Below are positions 10,845-19,237 of a stretch of DNA of 38,200 nt, in pieces. The first letter of the stretch is position 1. Every line of letters begins with the position of its first letter. Under the pieces are notes generated by a model. That model had not been told where the DNA came from and ran no database searches. It saw only the letters and a list, made by a program, of their open reading frames with translations. Source of the stretch: Bacillota bacterium (lineage in GTDB: Bacteria; Bacillota; Sulfobacillia; JAJZYS01; JAJYTV01); the NCBI GenBank assembly GCA_021810725.1, contig JAJZIE010000003.1:1-38200 (forward strand), read 5' to 3'. The translations under genes were made by a program, and so were the position numbers.

Positions 10845-12351
10845 GGCGCAGGTGGCCATGGTGATGAACCTCGACAAGTGCATCGGCTGCCACACCTGCA
10901 GCGTGACCTGCAAGAACACGTGGACGAACCGGTCCGGGGCCGAGTACATGTGGTTCAACAACGTCGAGACGAAGCCCGGCGTCGGCTATCCGAAGCAGTG
11001 GGAGAACCAGGAGCGCTACCGCGGCGGCTGGCAGCTTCGAGACGGCAAGCTCAGCTTGCGCGCCGGCGGGCCGATCGAGAAGCTCGTCCACATCTTCCAC
11101 AACCCCGACCTGCCCGAGATCGACGACTACTACGAGCCCTGGACCTACGACTACGAGAACCTGATCGACAGCCCTGAGCGCCGCTACCAGCCGGTGGCGA
11201 GGCCGCGCTCGCAGCTGACCGGCGAGCCGATGGATCAGCCTTCCTGGGGCCCGAACTGGGAGGACGACCTCGCCGGAGCGCCGGAGCACGCCCTCTCCGA
11301 CCCGAACCTGAGGGGACTCGAGGAGCACATCGCCTTCGAGTATGAGCAGGCCTTCATGTTCTACCTGCCGCGCATCTGCGAGCACTGCCTGAACCCCGCC
11401 TGCGTCGCCGCCTGTCCCTCCGGGGCGATGTACAAGCGCGAGGAGGACGGCATCGTTCTCGTGGACCAGGACGCCTGCCGCGGCTGGCGCTTCTGCGTCA
11501 GCGCCTGTCCATACAAGAAGGTCTACTTCAACTGGCAGACCCACAAGGCGGAGAAGTGCACCTTCTGCTACCCGCGCATCGAGGCCGGCCTGCCGACGGT
11601 GTGCTCCGAGACCTGCGTCGGCCGCATCCGTTACCTCGGCGTCGTCTTCTACGACGCGGACCGCGTCAAGGCGGCGGCGTCGGTGGCGGACGAGAAGGAG
11701 CTCCTCGCGGCGCAACTCTCCGTCTTCCTCGATCCGAGCGACCCGGAAGTCATCCGGGCGGCGCATGAGGCGGGCATCACCGACGCCTGGATCGAGGCGG
11801 CGCAGCGCTCGCCGGTCTACAAGATGGCGGTGGAGTGGGGCATCGCGCTGCCGCTGCACCCGGAGTACCGCACGTTGCCGATGGTCTGGTACGTGCCGCC
11901 GCTGAGCCCGATCATGAGCCACGTCGAGGAGACGCGTCCCGCCACCACGGCGGACGAGATCCTTCCCGCGATCGAGGCGATGCGCATTCCGATGGAGTAC
12001 CTCGCGAACCTGCTCTCGGCCGGTGACGTGGACGTCATCCGCACGGTGCTGAGGCGCCTCGCGACGATGCGCGCCTTCCTGCGCGGCCGGGCGCTCGGCC
12101 TGCCTGAGGACGGCCGGATGCTTGAGGCCGCGGGGCTCACCGCGCAGCAGGTGGAGGACATGATGCGGCTTCTCGGCATCGCGAAGTACGACGAGCGCTT
12201 CGTCATCCCGACGGCCCGCAGGGAGGGCGAGCGGGACCTTCAGGCCCTGCAGGGCGGCTGCAGCCTCGACGACGTGCTGCCGCCCGAGGGCGCCTTCGCG
12301 AAGGGACGCCAGCCGATCGAACTGCGCGCCTGGACGGGGGAGCCGCGATGA
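10834..12351 (+). CDS. narH: Respiratory nitrate reductase beta subunit
   Basis: MRIKAQVAMVMNLDKCIGCHTCSVTCKN, PRICEHCLNPAC, CRGWRFCVSACPYKK. TTG 10834 follows GGAGG. Confidence 0.98.
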   Translation: MRIKAQVAMVMNLDKCIGCHTCSVTCKNTWTNRSGAEYMWFNNVETKPGVGYPKQWENQERYRGGWQLRDGKLSLRAGGPIEKLVHIFHNPDLPEIDDYYEPWTYDYENLIDSPERRYQPVARPRSQLTGEPMDQPSWGPNWEDDLAGAPEHALSDPNLRGLEEHIAFEYEQAFMFYLPRICEHCLNPACVAACPSGAMYKREEDGIVLVDQDACRGWRFCVSACPYKKVYFNWQTHKAEKCTFCYPRIEAGLPTVCSETCVGRIRYLGVVFYDADRVKAAASVADEKELLAAQLSVFLDPSDPEVIRAAHEAGITDAWIEAAQRSPVYKMAVEWGIALPLHPEYRTLPMVWYVPPLSPIMSHVEETRPATTADEILPAIEAMRIPMEYLANLLSAGDVDVIRTVLRRLATMRAFLRGRALGLPEDGRMLEAAGLTAQQVEDMMRLLGIAKYDERFVIPTARREGERDLQALQGGCSLDDVLPPEGAFAKGRQPIELRAWTGEPR

Positions 12352-12917
12352 GCGGGCGGACGCTGCGCAAGGTCGGCGCTCTGCTCCTCGGCTACCCGGA
12401 CCGGAACCGGTTCGGACTCGTGCTCTCCGCGCTCGACGACGTGGAGGATCCCGGCGCGCGGGACCTCCTGCGCCGCTTCCTCGAGGAGTCCCTCGCCTTG
12501 CCGGACGCGGAGCGCGAAGGGCGCTATGTCGCCACCTTCGACTTCCGCGAGGATCTCTCGCTCTATCTCACGTTTCAGGAGCTCGGAGACGCCCGGGACC
12601 GCGCGCCGCAGCTGCTGGCCCTGAAGCGGGAGATGCGCCATTGCGGCTTCCTCTGCCCGAAGGACGAGCTGCCGGACTACATCCCGCTGCTGCTCGAGTT
12701 CCTGGCGGAATGCCCGGACGGCTACGACGATCGGCCGCTTTCCTATCGCCTCGCGCGAGCCCTCGCGGGCATCGCGGAGCGCCTTGGGGAGGATCACCCG
12801 TACCTGCCGCTGCTGCGGGCGATCCTCACGGCCCTGCCGTCCGACGCCGCGGCTCAGGAGAAGCCCATGGGCGAAGCGGAAGACCTCGAACTGCCGTATC
12901 CCTTGCGCTACCTCTAG
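12348..12917 (+). CDS. narJ: Nitrate reductase molybdenum cofactor assembly chaperone
   Basis: LLLGYP, YVATFDF, LYLT, ELPDYIPLLLEF. It lies between narH and narI. Confidence 0.95.
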   Translation: MSGRTLRKVGALLLGYPDRNRFGLVLSALDDVEDPGARDLLRRFLEESLALPDAEREGRYVATFDFREDLSLYLTFQELGDARDRAPQLLALKREMRHCGFLCPKDELPDYIPLLLEFLAECPDGYDDRPLSYRLARALAGIAERLGEDHPYLPLLRAILTALPSDAAAQEKPMGEAEDLELPYPLRYL

Positions 12918-12935
12918 CCTTAGGGAGGTGATCCG

Positions 12936-13640
12936 TTGAGCGAATTCCTCTGGGTCGTCTACCCGTATCTCTGCCTGATGGTGCTGGTGGTGGGCATGCT
13001 CACCCGCTACAACTACGACCAGATCGGCTGGACGTCGAAGTCCAGCGAGATCCTGGAGAAGAGACTGCTCGGGCTGGGCAGCCCGCTCTTCCACTGGGGG
13101 ATCATCTTCGTCTTCCTCGGCCACGTCGCGGGTCTTCTCGTGCCGATCGAGGTCTACCAGGCCCTCGGCGTCTCGGAGCACCTCTACCACATGGGCGCGA
13201 TGGCCATGGGCGGCATCACCGGTCTCATGACCCTCGTCGGGCTCCTGCTGCTGCTTTGGCGCCGCCTCAGCGTCCGCCGCGTCAAAAGCCACACATCCAC
13301 GGGAGACTGGGTTGCGCTCGGCTTCCTCATCGCCACGGTGGCGCTCGGACTGTCGATGACGCTCGTCTACAACGTCAGCCACGTCGCCTACGAATACCGC
13401 ACGACGGTCGGGCCGTGGATCCGTGGCGTCATCCTGCTGCATCCGCAGGCGGCCCTGATGGCCCACGTGCCGCTCGTGCTGCAGCTGCACATCCTGACGG
13501 CGCTCGCGCTCTTCGCGGTTTCGCCGTTCACGCGGCTCGTCCACATCTTCAGCCTGCCGCTCGCGTACCTGAGGCGCAGGCCGATCCAGTACCGACGGCG
13601 CACGCCCGCCGTGCCCTGTGAACCGGCTCCGCGAGATTGA
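12936..13640 (+). CDS. narI: Respiratory nitrate reductase gamma subunit (cytochrome b)
   Basis: WTSKSSEILE, LFHWGI..GH, LH..FTRLVH heme ligands; about five TM helices. Confidence 0.97.
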   Translation: MSEFLWVVYPYLCLMVLVVGMLTRYNYDQIGWTSKSSEILEKRLLGLGSPLFHWGIIFVFLGHVAGLLVPIEVYQALGVSEHLYHMGAMAMGGITGLMTLVGLLLLLWRRLSVRRVKSHTSTGDWVALGFLIATVALGLSMTLVYNVSHVAYEYRTTVGPWIRGVILLHPQAALMAHVPLVLQLHILTALALFAVSPFTRLVHIFSLPLAYLRRRPIQYRRRTPAVPCEPAPRD

Positions 13641-13670
13641 GCTTGCGCGCCAAGTGAGGGAGGTGGCCGG

Positions 13671-13946
13671 ATGGCGGCCGATCGGCAGGAGACGACGGAG
13701 GAGCGCAGGCGGCAGATCCTCCGGGAGGATCTCGAGGACCTGAGGGCCGTGCTGACGCTGCGCTTCGGCGCGATTCCGGACGACATCGAGCAAAAGCTCG
13801 CGCGGCTTCAGGACATCGAGCAGACCAACCGGCTCGTGCTCGTCGCCGCGAACGCCCCGGACATGGATACCTTGCGCCGTGAATTCGCGTCGGAGATACC
13901 GGCGTTTCGCATCCTCTCGGGTTCCTTCGAGCAGCGCCCGCAGTAA
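13671..13946 (+). CDS. Small helical hypothetical protein (DUF4351-like)
   Basis: GGGAGG RBS. LTLRFGAIPDDIEQKLARLQDIEQ resembles the L..RFG..P helical module of DUF4351/Rpn C-termini. Confidence 0.65.
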   Translation: MAADRQETTEERRRQILREDLEDLRAVLTLRFGAIPDDIEQKLARLQDIEQTNRLVLVAANAPDMDTLRREFASEIPAFRILSGSFEQRPQ

Positions 13947-13970
13947 CCCGGACCGGAAGGAGGATGCCGT

Positions 13971-15038
13971 CTGGCAGAAGCCCGGAAGGCCCCGCGTAGA
14001 GCTCTTGACGGCCTCTATCCGGGCTACTTCGCGTATGTGATGGCGACCGGCATCGTCTCGACCGCGGCCGGTCTCTTCCGGCTGCGGGACTTCTCCCTCG
14101 TCCTGCTGGCGGCGGCGACCGTGGGCTACCTCGTGCTCATAGGGCTCTACGCCCTGCGCTTCGTCACGGCGGCCGCCGCGGTGCGCGAGGATGCCCGCTC
14201 GCCCGGCAGGGCGTTCGGCTTCTTCACCTTCGTCGCCGCGTCGAACGTGCTCTCGGCGCGCTACGCGGCGGCGGGCGACCTTCGCATCGCCGCGGGCCTC
14301 GCTCTCGTCGGCGCGGTCTCCTGGGTCGTGCTCACCTACACCATCCCGGTCGGGCTGATGCTGGGGAGCTCCGATCGCCCCCTTGGAACGAGCGTCAACG
14401 CTTCCTGGCTGATCTGGGTGGTGGCGACGCAGTCGGTCTCGACGGCGGCGTCCGTGCTGTCGTCCGCGGGCCTGGACCGTGCCCTGCTCGGCTTCCTGGC
14501 GGCGGTCTTTTGGGGCATCGGCTCGCTGCTCTACCTCATCCTGATCACGATCGTCACCGCGCGCATGCTGCTCGCCGCGATGCCCGCGACCGAGATGACC
14601 CCGCCCTACTGGATCAACATGGGCGCCACGGCGATCACCGTCCTCGCGGGGGTGCGCCTCCTTGCGACCCACCTGCCCGGGCGCCTGCACGAACTCGCGC
14701 CGGTCGTGACGGGCATCTCGTTCATGTTCTGGGCCTTCGGCAGCTTCTGGATCCCGGCGGTGGTGCTGTTCGGCGTCTGGCGCTATGGCCGCGGCGGGCA
14801 TCCCGTCGTCTACGAGCCGGCGCTCTGGAGCATCGTCTTCCCGATGGGCATGTACGTCACCGCGACCGACCTCCTCGGACATGTGGCGAGACTCCCATGG
14901 CTGCCTCCGCTCGCGGGCGGAGCGAGCTGGGGCGCGTATGCGGCATGGGTGGCGGTCTTTCTTTTCATGCTCTACGACCTGCTCGACCGGCGTGGCCCGA
15001 CCGCCGCGCCGGCGGCATCCCCGGGCCAAGACCTTTAA
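13971..15038 (+). CDS. TDT/SLAC1-family (tellurite resistance/C4-dicarboxylate) membrane transporter
   Basis: LYPGYFAYVMATGIVS, FFTFVAA, WLIWVVATQS, PPYWINMGATAIT, WSIVFPMGMY. The conserved N-terminus extends upstream of the called GTG 14037 to an in-frame CTG at 13971, 7 nt after AGGAGG. Confidence 0.9.
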   Translation: MAEARKAPRRALDGLYPGYFAYVMATGIVSTAAGLFRLRDFSLVLLAAATVGYLVLIGLYALRFVTAAAAVREDARSPGRAFGFFTFVAASNVLSARYAAAGDLRIAAGLALVGAVSWVVLTYTIPVGLMLGSSDRPLGTSVNASWLIWVVATQSVSTAASVLSSAGLDRALLGFLAAVFWGIGSLLYLILITIVTARMLLAAMPATEMTPPYWINMGATAITVLAGVRLLATHLPGRLHELAPVVTGISFMFWAFGSFWIPAVVLFGVWRYGRGGHPVVYEPALWSIVFPMGMYVTATDLLGHVARLPWLPPLAGGASWGAYAAWVAVFLFMLYDLLDRRGPTAAPAASPGQDL

Positions 15039-15157
15039 GGACACGCGGGAGCAGGGAACCGTCCTCGTCCGGGTTTTCGCGTCACAGATCGCCTGCATCA
15101 TCGGTCACAGTCGGGACAGGCTTTCGGTGGCATCCTGCCAAGGGGGGGCGAGGACAG

Positions 15158-16333
15158 ATGGCCATCGATGTCGCGGGCGACGCCGAGGTGCAGATGCTCA
15201 GGGAGGTCGCGCACGAGTTCGCCTTGCGCACCCTGCGTCCGGCGGGGCAGGAGGCGGACGAGACCGGCGAAACGCCCTGGCAGGCCGTGCGGGCGGCAGG
15301 CGAGCTCGGACTCATGGGCGCGAACGTGCCACAGGCCTACGGCGGTCCGGGGCTCAAAGCCACGACGCTGGCGGCCGTGATGGAGGAGCTCGGCTGGGGC
15401 AACTTCGGCATCACCGCGACGATCGGCGCCGCGTCGCTCGTCGCGGCGGCTCTGCTCATCGCCGGCAGCGAGGAGCAGAAGGGACGGTACCTGCCACGGC
15501 TTTGCAGCTCCGAGAGCCCGCTCGTCGGGGCACTGGCGCTAACGGAGCCGGAATCGGGGTCGGAGGCGGAGATTGAGCTCGAGGGTCAGGCGCAGACCCT
15601 GCGCACGCGCGCCGAGCGCACGACCGGCGGCTACCGGCTGCATGGCGCCAAGCGCTTCATCACGAACGGCGGCCCCGCCGACCTGACGCTGCTGCTCGCC
15701 GACATCGACGCCGATTCCGACGGCGGCTGGAGCCTCTTCCTGATCGAGCGGGGTCAGGAGGGTTTCCGGCCCGGCCGCCAGATCCCCACCATGGGCCTGC
15801 GCGGCTCCTACACCGGCGAGCTCTTCCTCGAGAATTGCGAGCTGCCTGAGCGGGCCGTTCTCGGCAAGCCCGGCGAGGGAATGGGGATCGTGCTCAAGGT
15901 GCTCGCGGTGGCGCGCACCATGATCGCCTCCGCGGCGGTCGGGCTGGCGAGAGCCGCCTACGAGACGGCCCTCGCCTACAGCGGCGAGCGGCGCCAGTTC
16001 GGCAGGCCGATCCGGGACCACCAACTCGTCGCGGGCCGACTGGCCACGATGCGGCTCGAGATCGACGCCGCCCGCCTTCTCGTGGCGAAGGCCGCCGAGG
16101 AGCTCGACGCCGGCCGGGACGCGGCGCTTGCCGCCGCGGAGGCGAAGCTCTTCGCGAGCGAGATGGCCGTCCGGGTGACGCAGGCCGCCCTGCAGATCCA
16201 CGGCGGGTACGGCTTCACGCGCGAATTGCCGCTCGAGATGTGGGTGCGCGACGCGATCATCAGCCGCATCTTCTTCGGCACGAGCGAGATGCAGCTCCTG
16301 GAGATCGCGCAGCACCTGGACCAGGGGAGATAG
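15158..16333 (+). CDS. Acyl-CoA dehydrogenase family flavoprotein (atypical)
   Basis: YGGPG, ALALTEPESGS, GAKRFITNG, RRQFGRPI, AKLFASE, ALQIHGGYGF. ATG 15158. Confidence 0.92.
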   Translation: MAIDVAGDAEVQMLREVAHEFALRTLRPAGQEADETGETPWQAVRAAGELGLMGANVPQAYGGPGLKATTLAAVMEELGWGNFGITATIGAASLVAAALLIAGSEEQKGRYLPRLCSSESPLVGALALTEPESGSEAEIELEGQAQTLRTRAERTTGGYRLHGAKRFITNGGPADLTLLLADIDADSDGGWSLFLIERGQEGFRPGRQIPTMGLRGSYTGELFLENCELPERAVLGKPGEGMGIVLKVLAVARTMIASAAVGLARAAYETALAYSGERRQFGRPIRDHQLVAGRLATMRLEIDAARLLVAKAAEELDAGRDAALAAAEAKLFASEMAVRVTQAALQIHGGYGFTRELPLEMWVRDAIISRIFFGTSEMQLLEIAQHLDQGR

Positions 16334-16364
16334 AGACCGGGGACCATCAAGGAGGGTGAGCATC

Positions 16365-16823
16365 ATGGATCGGAACACCGAGGCCATAGCGAAGATCCGC
16401 CGGCACCACGCGGCGCTCCTCGAGGGGCTGCGCGAGCCTTCGGAAGTCCTGCTCGCGGAGGTGTCCCAGGGCAGGAGGGGTGAAGAGGCCCATCGCGAGT
16501 TGGCGGCCTTCCTCGCGGAGGAGATCCTGCCGCACGCCGAGGCCGAGGAGGCCACGATCTACAAGCGCGGCCGCGAGGTGGCGGAGCTCGGGCCACTGCT
16601 CGAGGCGATGATCGCGGAGCACGGGCGGCTGCGACGGCTCGCGTCGGATCTCAAGGACGAGACCGACCCCGCGCGGGCCGCCGCGATCGGCTACACGATC
16701 ACGGAGCTCTTCTCGATCCATGCCGACAAGGAGAACGATCTCTTGTTGCCGCGGCTCGCCGAGGAGCCGGACGTCAGCGTGCACGACCTGCTCGGCGACA
16801 TGCACGAGCGGCTCGAGGGCTGA
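16365..16823 (+). CDS. Hemerythrin (HHE) domain protein
   Basis: HH, LPHAEAEE, MIAEH and HADKEND di-iron ligand pattern. GGAGGG RBS precedes ATG 16365. Confidence 0.88.
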   Translation: MDRNTEAIAKIRRHHAALLEGLREPSEVLLAEVSQGRRGEEAHRELAAFLAEEILPHAEAEEATIYKRGREVAELGPLLEAMIAEHGRLRRLASDLKDETDPARAAAIGYTITELFSIHADKENDLLLPRLAEEPDVSVHDLLGDMHERLEG

Positions 16824-16939
16824 GCCGGGAAAGCGTATCCCGCCGGAAGTCCAGACCCGGGACCCGGGGGCAACCGAGGCCCGCACGAGACAGGCCGCGG
16901 GTTCCCGGACCCTTTCGCTGAAATACGGGAGGTAATGCT

Positions 16940-17407
16940 GTGGAGCCGAGGATCGAGTATGGCAAGGTGGCCCCTGGCGCCATGCAGGCGATGCAGGGCC
17001 TCGAGGCGTATGTGCGGGGCAGCGGTTTGCCCCAGGGCCTCTTGGAACTTGTCCGCACCAGGGCGTCGCAGCTCAATCGCTGCGCCTATTGCCTCGACAT
17101 GCACACGAAGGACGCCAGGGCAAACGGGGAGACCGAACAGCGCCTCTACGCCCTCAGCGCCTGGCGCGAGACCCCGTTCTATTCGGACCGCGAGCGGGCG
17201 GCGCTCGCCTGGACGGAAGCGCTTACCCTCCTGCCCGGGGACCCGGTGTCCGACGAACTCTACGCGGAAGTGGCGGCGCAGTTCAGCGAGCGCGAGATCG
17301 TCGACCTGACGCTCGCGATCGTCGCGATCAACGGCTGGAACCGGCTCGCGGTCGGGCTGCGCAGCGTGCCTGGCACCTACCAGCCCCGTCCGCGGCCAGA
17401 GGACTGA
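16940..17407 (+). CDS. Carboxymuconolactone decarboxylase / AhpD-like protein
   Basis: RASQLNRCAYCLDMH, AWRETPFYSDRERAALAWTE, INGWNRL. Confidence 0.92.
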   Translation: MEPRIEYGKVAPGAMQAMQGLEAYVRGSGLPQGLLELVRTRASQLNRCAYCLDMHTKDARANGETEQRLYALSAWRETPFYSDRERAALAWTEALTLLPGDPVSDELYAEVAAQFSEREIVDLTLAIVAINGWNRLAVGLRSVPGTYQPRPRPED

Positions 17408-17428
17408 TCCCAGGGGGAGGCATCCGAC

Positions 17429-17869
17429 ATGCCGGAAGACCTTAGCTTCGAGATCGACGCTCGCTGGTCGGGCACCGGACGCGACGGGCGCGGCACGATC
17501 CGCACGGGCGGGCTCGAGATCGCCTATTCGGCGCCGGCCAGCATGGGTGGCCAGGGCAGCGGCACGAGCCCGGAGGAGCTGCTGATGTCCGCCGTTACAG
17601 CCTGCTACAGCGGGACACTCTTCCGCGTCCTGCAGCAGAGGGAACTGCCCGTGCGGGAGATCGAGATCAGGACGACCGGCCTCGTCACCGGGTACCCCAG
17701 GGAGACGCGCTTTCAAAAGATCGCCGTGCATCCCAAGGTCCTTGGCGGCGACCCTGGGCGCCTCGGCGACTACCGGGCGGCGGCCGAGACCGCCCGCGAT
17801 CGCTGCTTCATCGGTGGCACGGTGCGAGACAGCCTCGAGTATGTGGTCGGGGAGGTTTCGGTCTCGTAG
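17429..17869 (+). CDS. OsmC/Ohr family protein
   Basis: GGQGSGTSPEELLMSAVTAC and ARDRCFI; both family cysteines are present. Confidence 0.88.
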   Translation: MPEDLSFEIDARWSGTGRDGRGTIRTGGLEIAYSAPASMGGQGSGTSPEELLMSAVTACYSGTLFRVLQQRELPVREIEIRTTGLVTGYPRETRFQKIAVHPKVLGGDPGRLGDYRAAAETARDRCFIGGTVRDSLEYVVGEVSVS

Positions 17870-17880
17870 CAGGCGCTCCG

Positions 17881-18981
17881 CTAGGATCCCGCCGGGGGCA
17901 GCCGCACCCACCGAAGGCCATGGGGCGTCACGTAGGTGAGAAGATTGCCGTAGAGCTCCGGCATCTGGCCGGGGATGCGGTAGAGGCGGTCCGCCCGGAT
18001 GTCGAGCAGCTCCGGGCTGCTGGCCCAGAAGGCGAGATAGCCGTCGCCATAGCTCGGGTTCGAGGGGAAGACGCCCGGCGGGGTGATGCGGATCATGGTC
18101 TTGCCTTCCCTGAGGTAGAGGCCCTCGTCGACGCCGAAGTCCTCGGTGAAGGCGAGAAGGCCGGCACCAGGCACCATGGAGGTCAGGATGCCGGCGGTGC
18201 GCCAGAGGGTCCGGGGGTGACCGCCCTGGATCGGCACTTCCACGATGTCGCCCTGCACCTTGTCCTCGGGGTCGGCGGGCTTGAGCGCCAGGTAGACGCT
18301 TCGGCTGTCCGTGCCGATCGCGATCACGTCGAGGGACGAGGCGGAACTCTGCTCCCGGAAGAGGTCGCGGCAGTTGCCCGACGGCAGATGGCAGGCGACG
18401 ACGCTTGTCAGGTCGTTGTCGCCGACACTGCGCGTGCTGAGGAAGATGAGCTCGTGACCCTCGAAGTGGAACGAGGTGTCGATGCTGCGCAGATCGCCGG
18501 GGGGCAACTGGAGCGCGGCCGGCTTTCCACCGCCGACGGGCCATAGCTCGACGGGCGCGTTGCGCGGTCCGGACTCGGGCCCCACCTGGTAGGCGATGCC
18601 GTCCTGGCCCAGGGCCGACGCCGTCGCGATGTCGCGCTTCCTGCCTGGCGTGATCGGCACCACCAGACGCTCCCGGCCCGTCCCGGGATCGCCGAGGTAG
18701 AGTCCGTCGGCGAGACCACCCCTGGTCGGCTCGGTGGACAGGAGAACGCCCTGTCCGGGACTGTAGCCCGACGCCGGCATGGTCACGCCGGGGAAGGTGC
18801 CCGTCGGCCACGCCGCCGGCAGGTCGACTGGCTTCAGCGCGCGGTAGAGGTCGATGACGCCTGGGGGCGGCTCAGGCCCTGCCGATGGGATGAACGAAGG
18901 TTCGGGGTATGTCTTGCAGCCTGCGAGCACGAGGCCCGCGGCCGCGATCAAGGCGATGCGTGGCAGGAGGCTTTTCTGCAC
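17881..18981 (-). CDS. Hypothetical lipoprotein (possible beta-propeller)
   Basis: AGGAGG RBS before GTG 18981. The signal peptide MQKSLLPRIALIAAAGLVLAG-C has a lipobox (LAGC) and is followed by a Pro-rich linker. Confidence 0.75.
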   Translation of the reverse strand: MQKSLLPRIALIAAAGLVLAGCKTYPEPSFIPSAGPEPPPGVIDLYRALKPVDLPAAWPTGTFPGVTMPASGYSPGQGVLLSTEPTRGGLADGLYLGDPGTGRERLVVPITPGRKRDIATASALGQDGIAYQVGPESGPRNAPVELWPVGGGKPAALQLPPGDLRSIDTSFHFEGHELIFLSTRSVGDNDLTSVVACHLPSGNCRDLFREQSSASSLDVIAIGTDSRSVYLALKPADPEDKVQGDIVEVPIQGGHPRTLWRTAGILTSMVPGAGLLAFTEDFGVDEGLYLREGKTMIRITPPGVFPSNPSYGDGYLAFWASSPELLDIRADRLYRIPGQMPELYGNLLTYVTPHGLRWVRLPPAGS

Positions 18982-19107
18982 AGGATCCACCTCCTCTGCA
19001 TGTGCAGCGTACCATGCGATACTTTGCGCGCATGCGTCCTGCATCACACAAAGGATCGTCACGGCTCACGGCCTGATTGAGGCACGCGCACCGCGGCCTT
19101 TGGTTTG

Positions 19108-19117
19108 CGTAAGGGTG
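19108..19117. promoter_or_regulatory. CGTAAGGGTG motif upstream of moaA
   Basis: Identical 10-mer at 21346-21355 in the tatA / Mo-enzyme intergenic region. Confidence 0.35.
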
Positions 19118-19237
19118 ACCCTGGTCCCGCCGAAGATTTGGACACACCCCCGACCTTTCGTCCCATGGCAGGCATGCCCGGCGTGCACTGTTCGCCGAGC
19201 TTTCGCATCCTGTATCGTCGCATTGGGGGTGAACTTC

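Noticed and set aside
15070-15112. Two GTCACAG half-sites upstream of the ACAD gene, and GGTGA-N6-TCCCG at 19114
   Set aside because: Only one half matches the Crp/Fnr consensus, which is too weak to call.
18854-19228. Long N-terminal extension of moaA in the ORF track (likewise for nuoF, ACAD, NrfD, tatA and the ATPase)
   Set aside because: The extensions overlap neighbouring genes or promoters. Downstream starts fit the RBS positions and family N-termini better.
19000-19230. Possible Moco riboswitch upstream of moaA
   Set aside because: Only a CCGAGC fragment resembles the motif; I could not find the other conserved elements. An Rfam covariance search would settle it.
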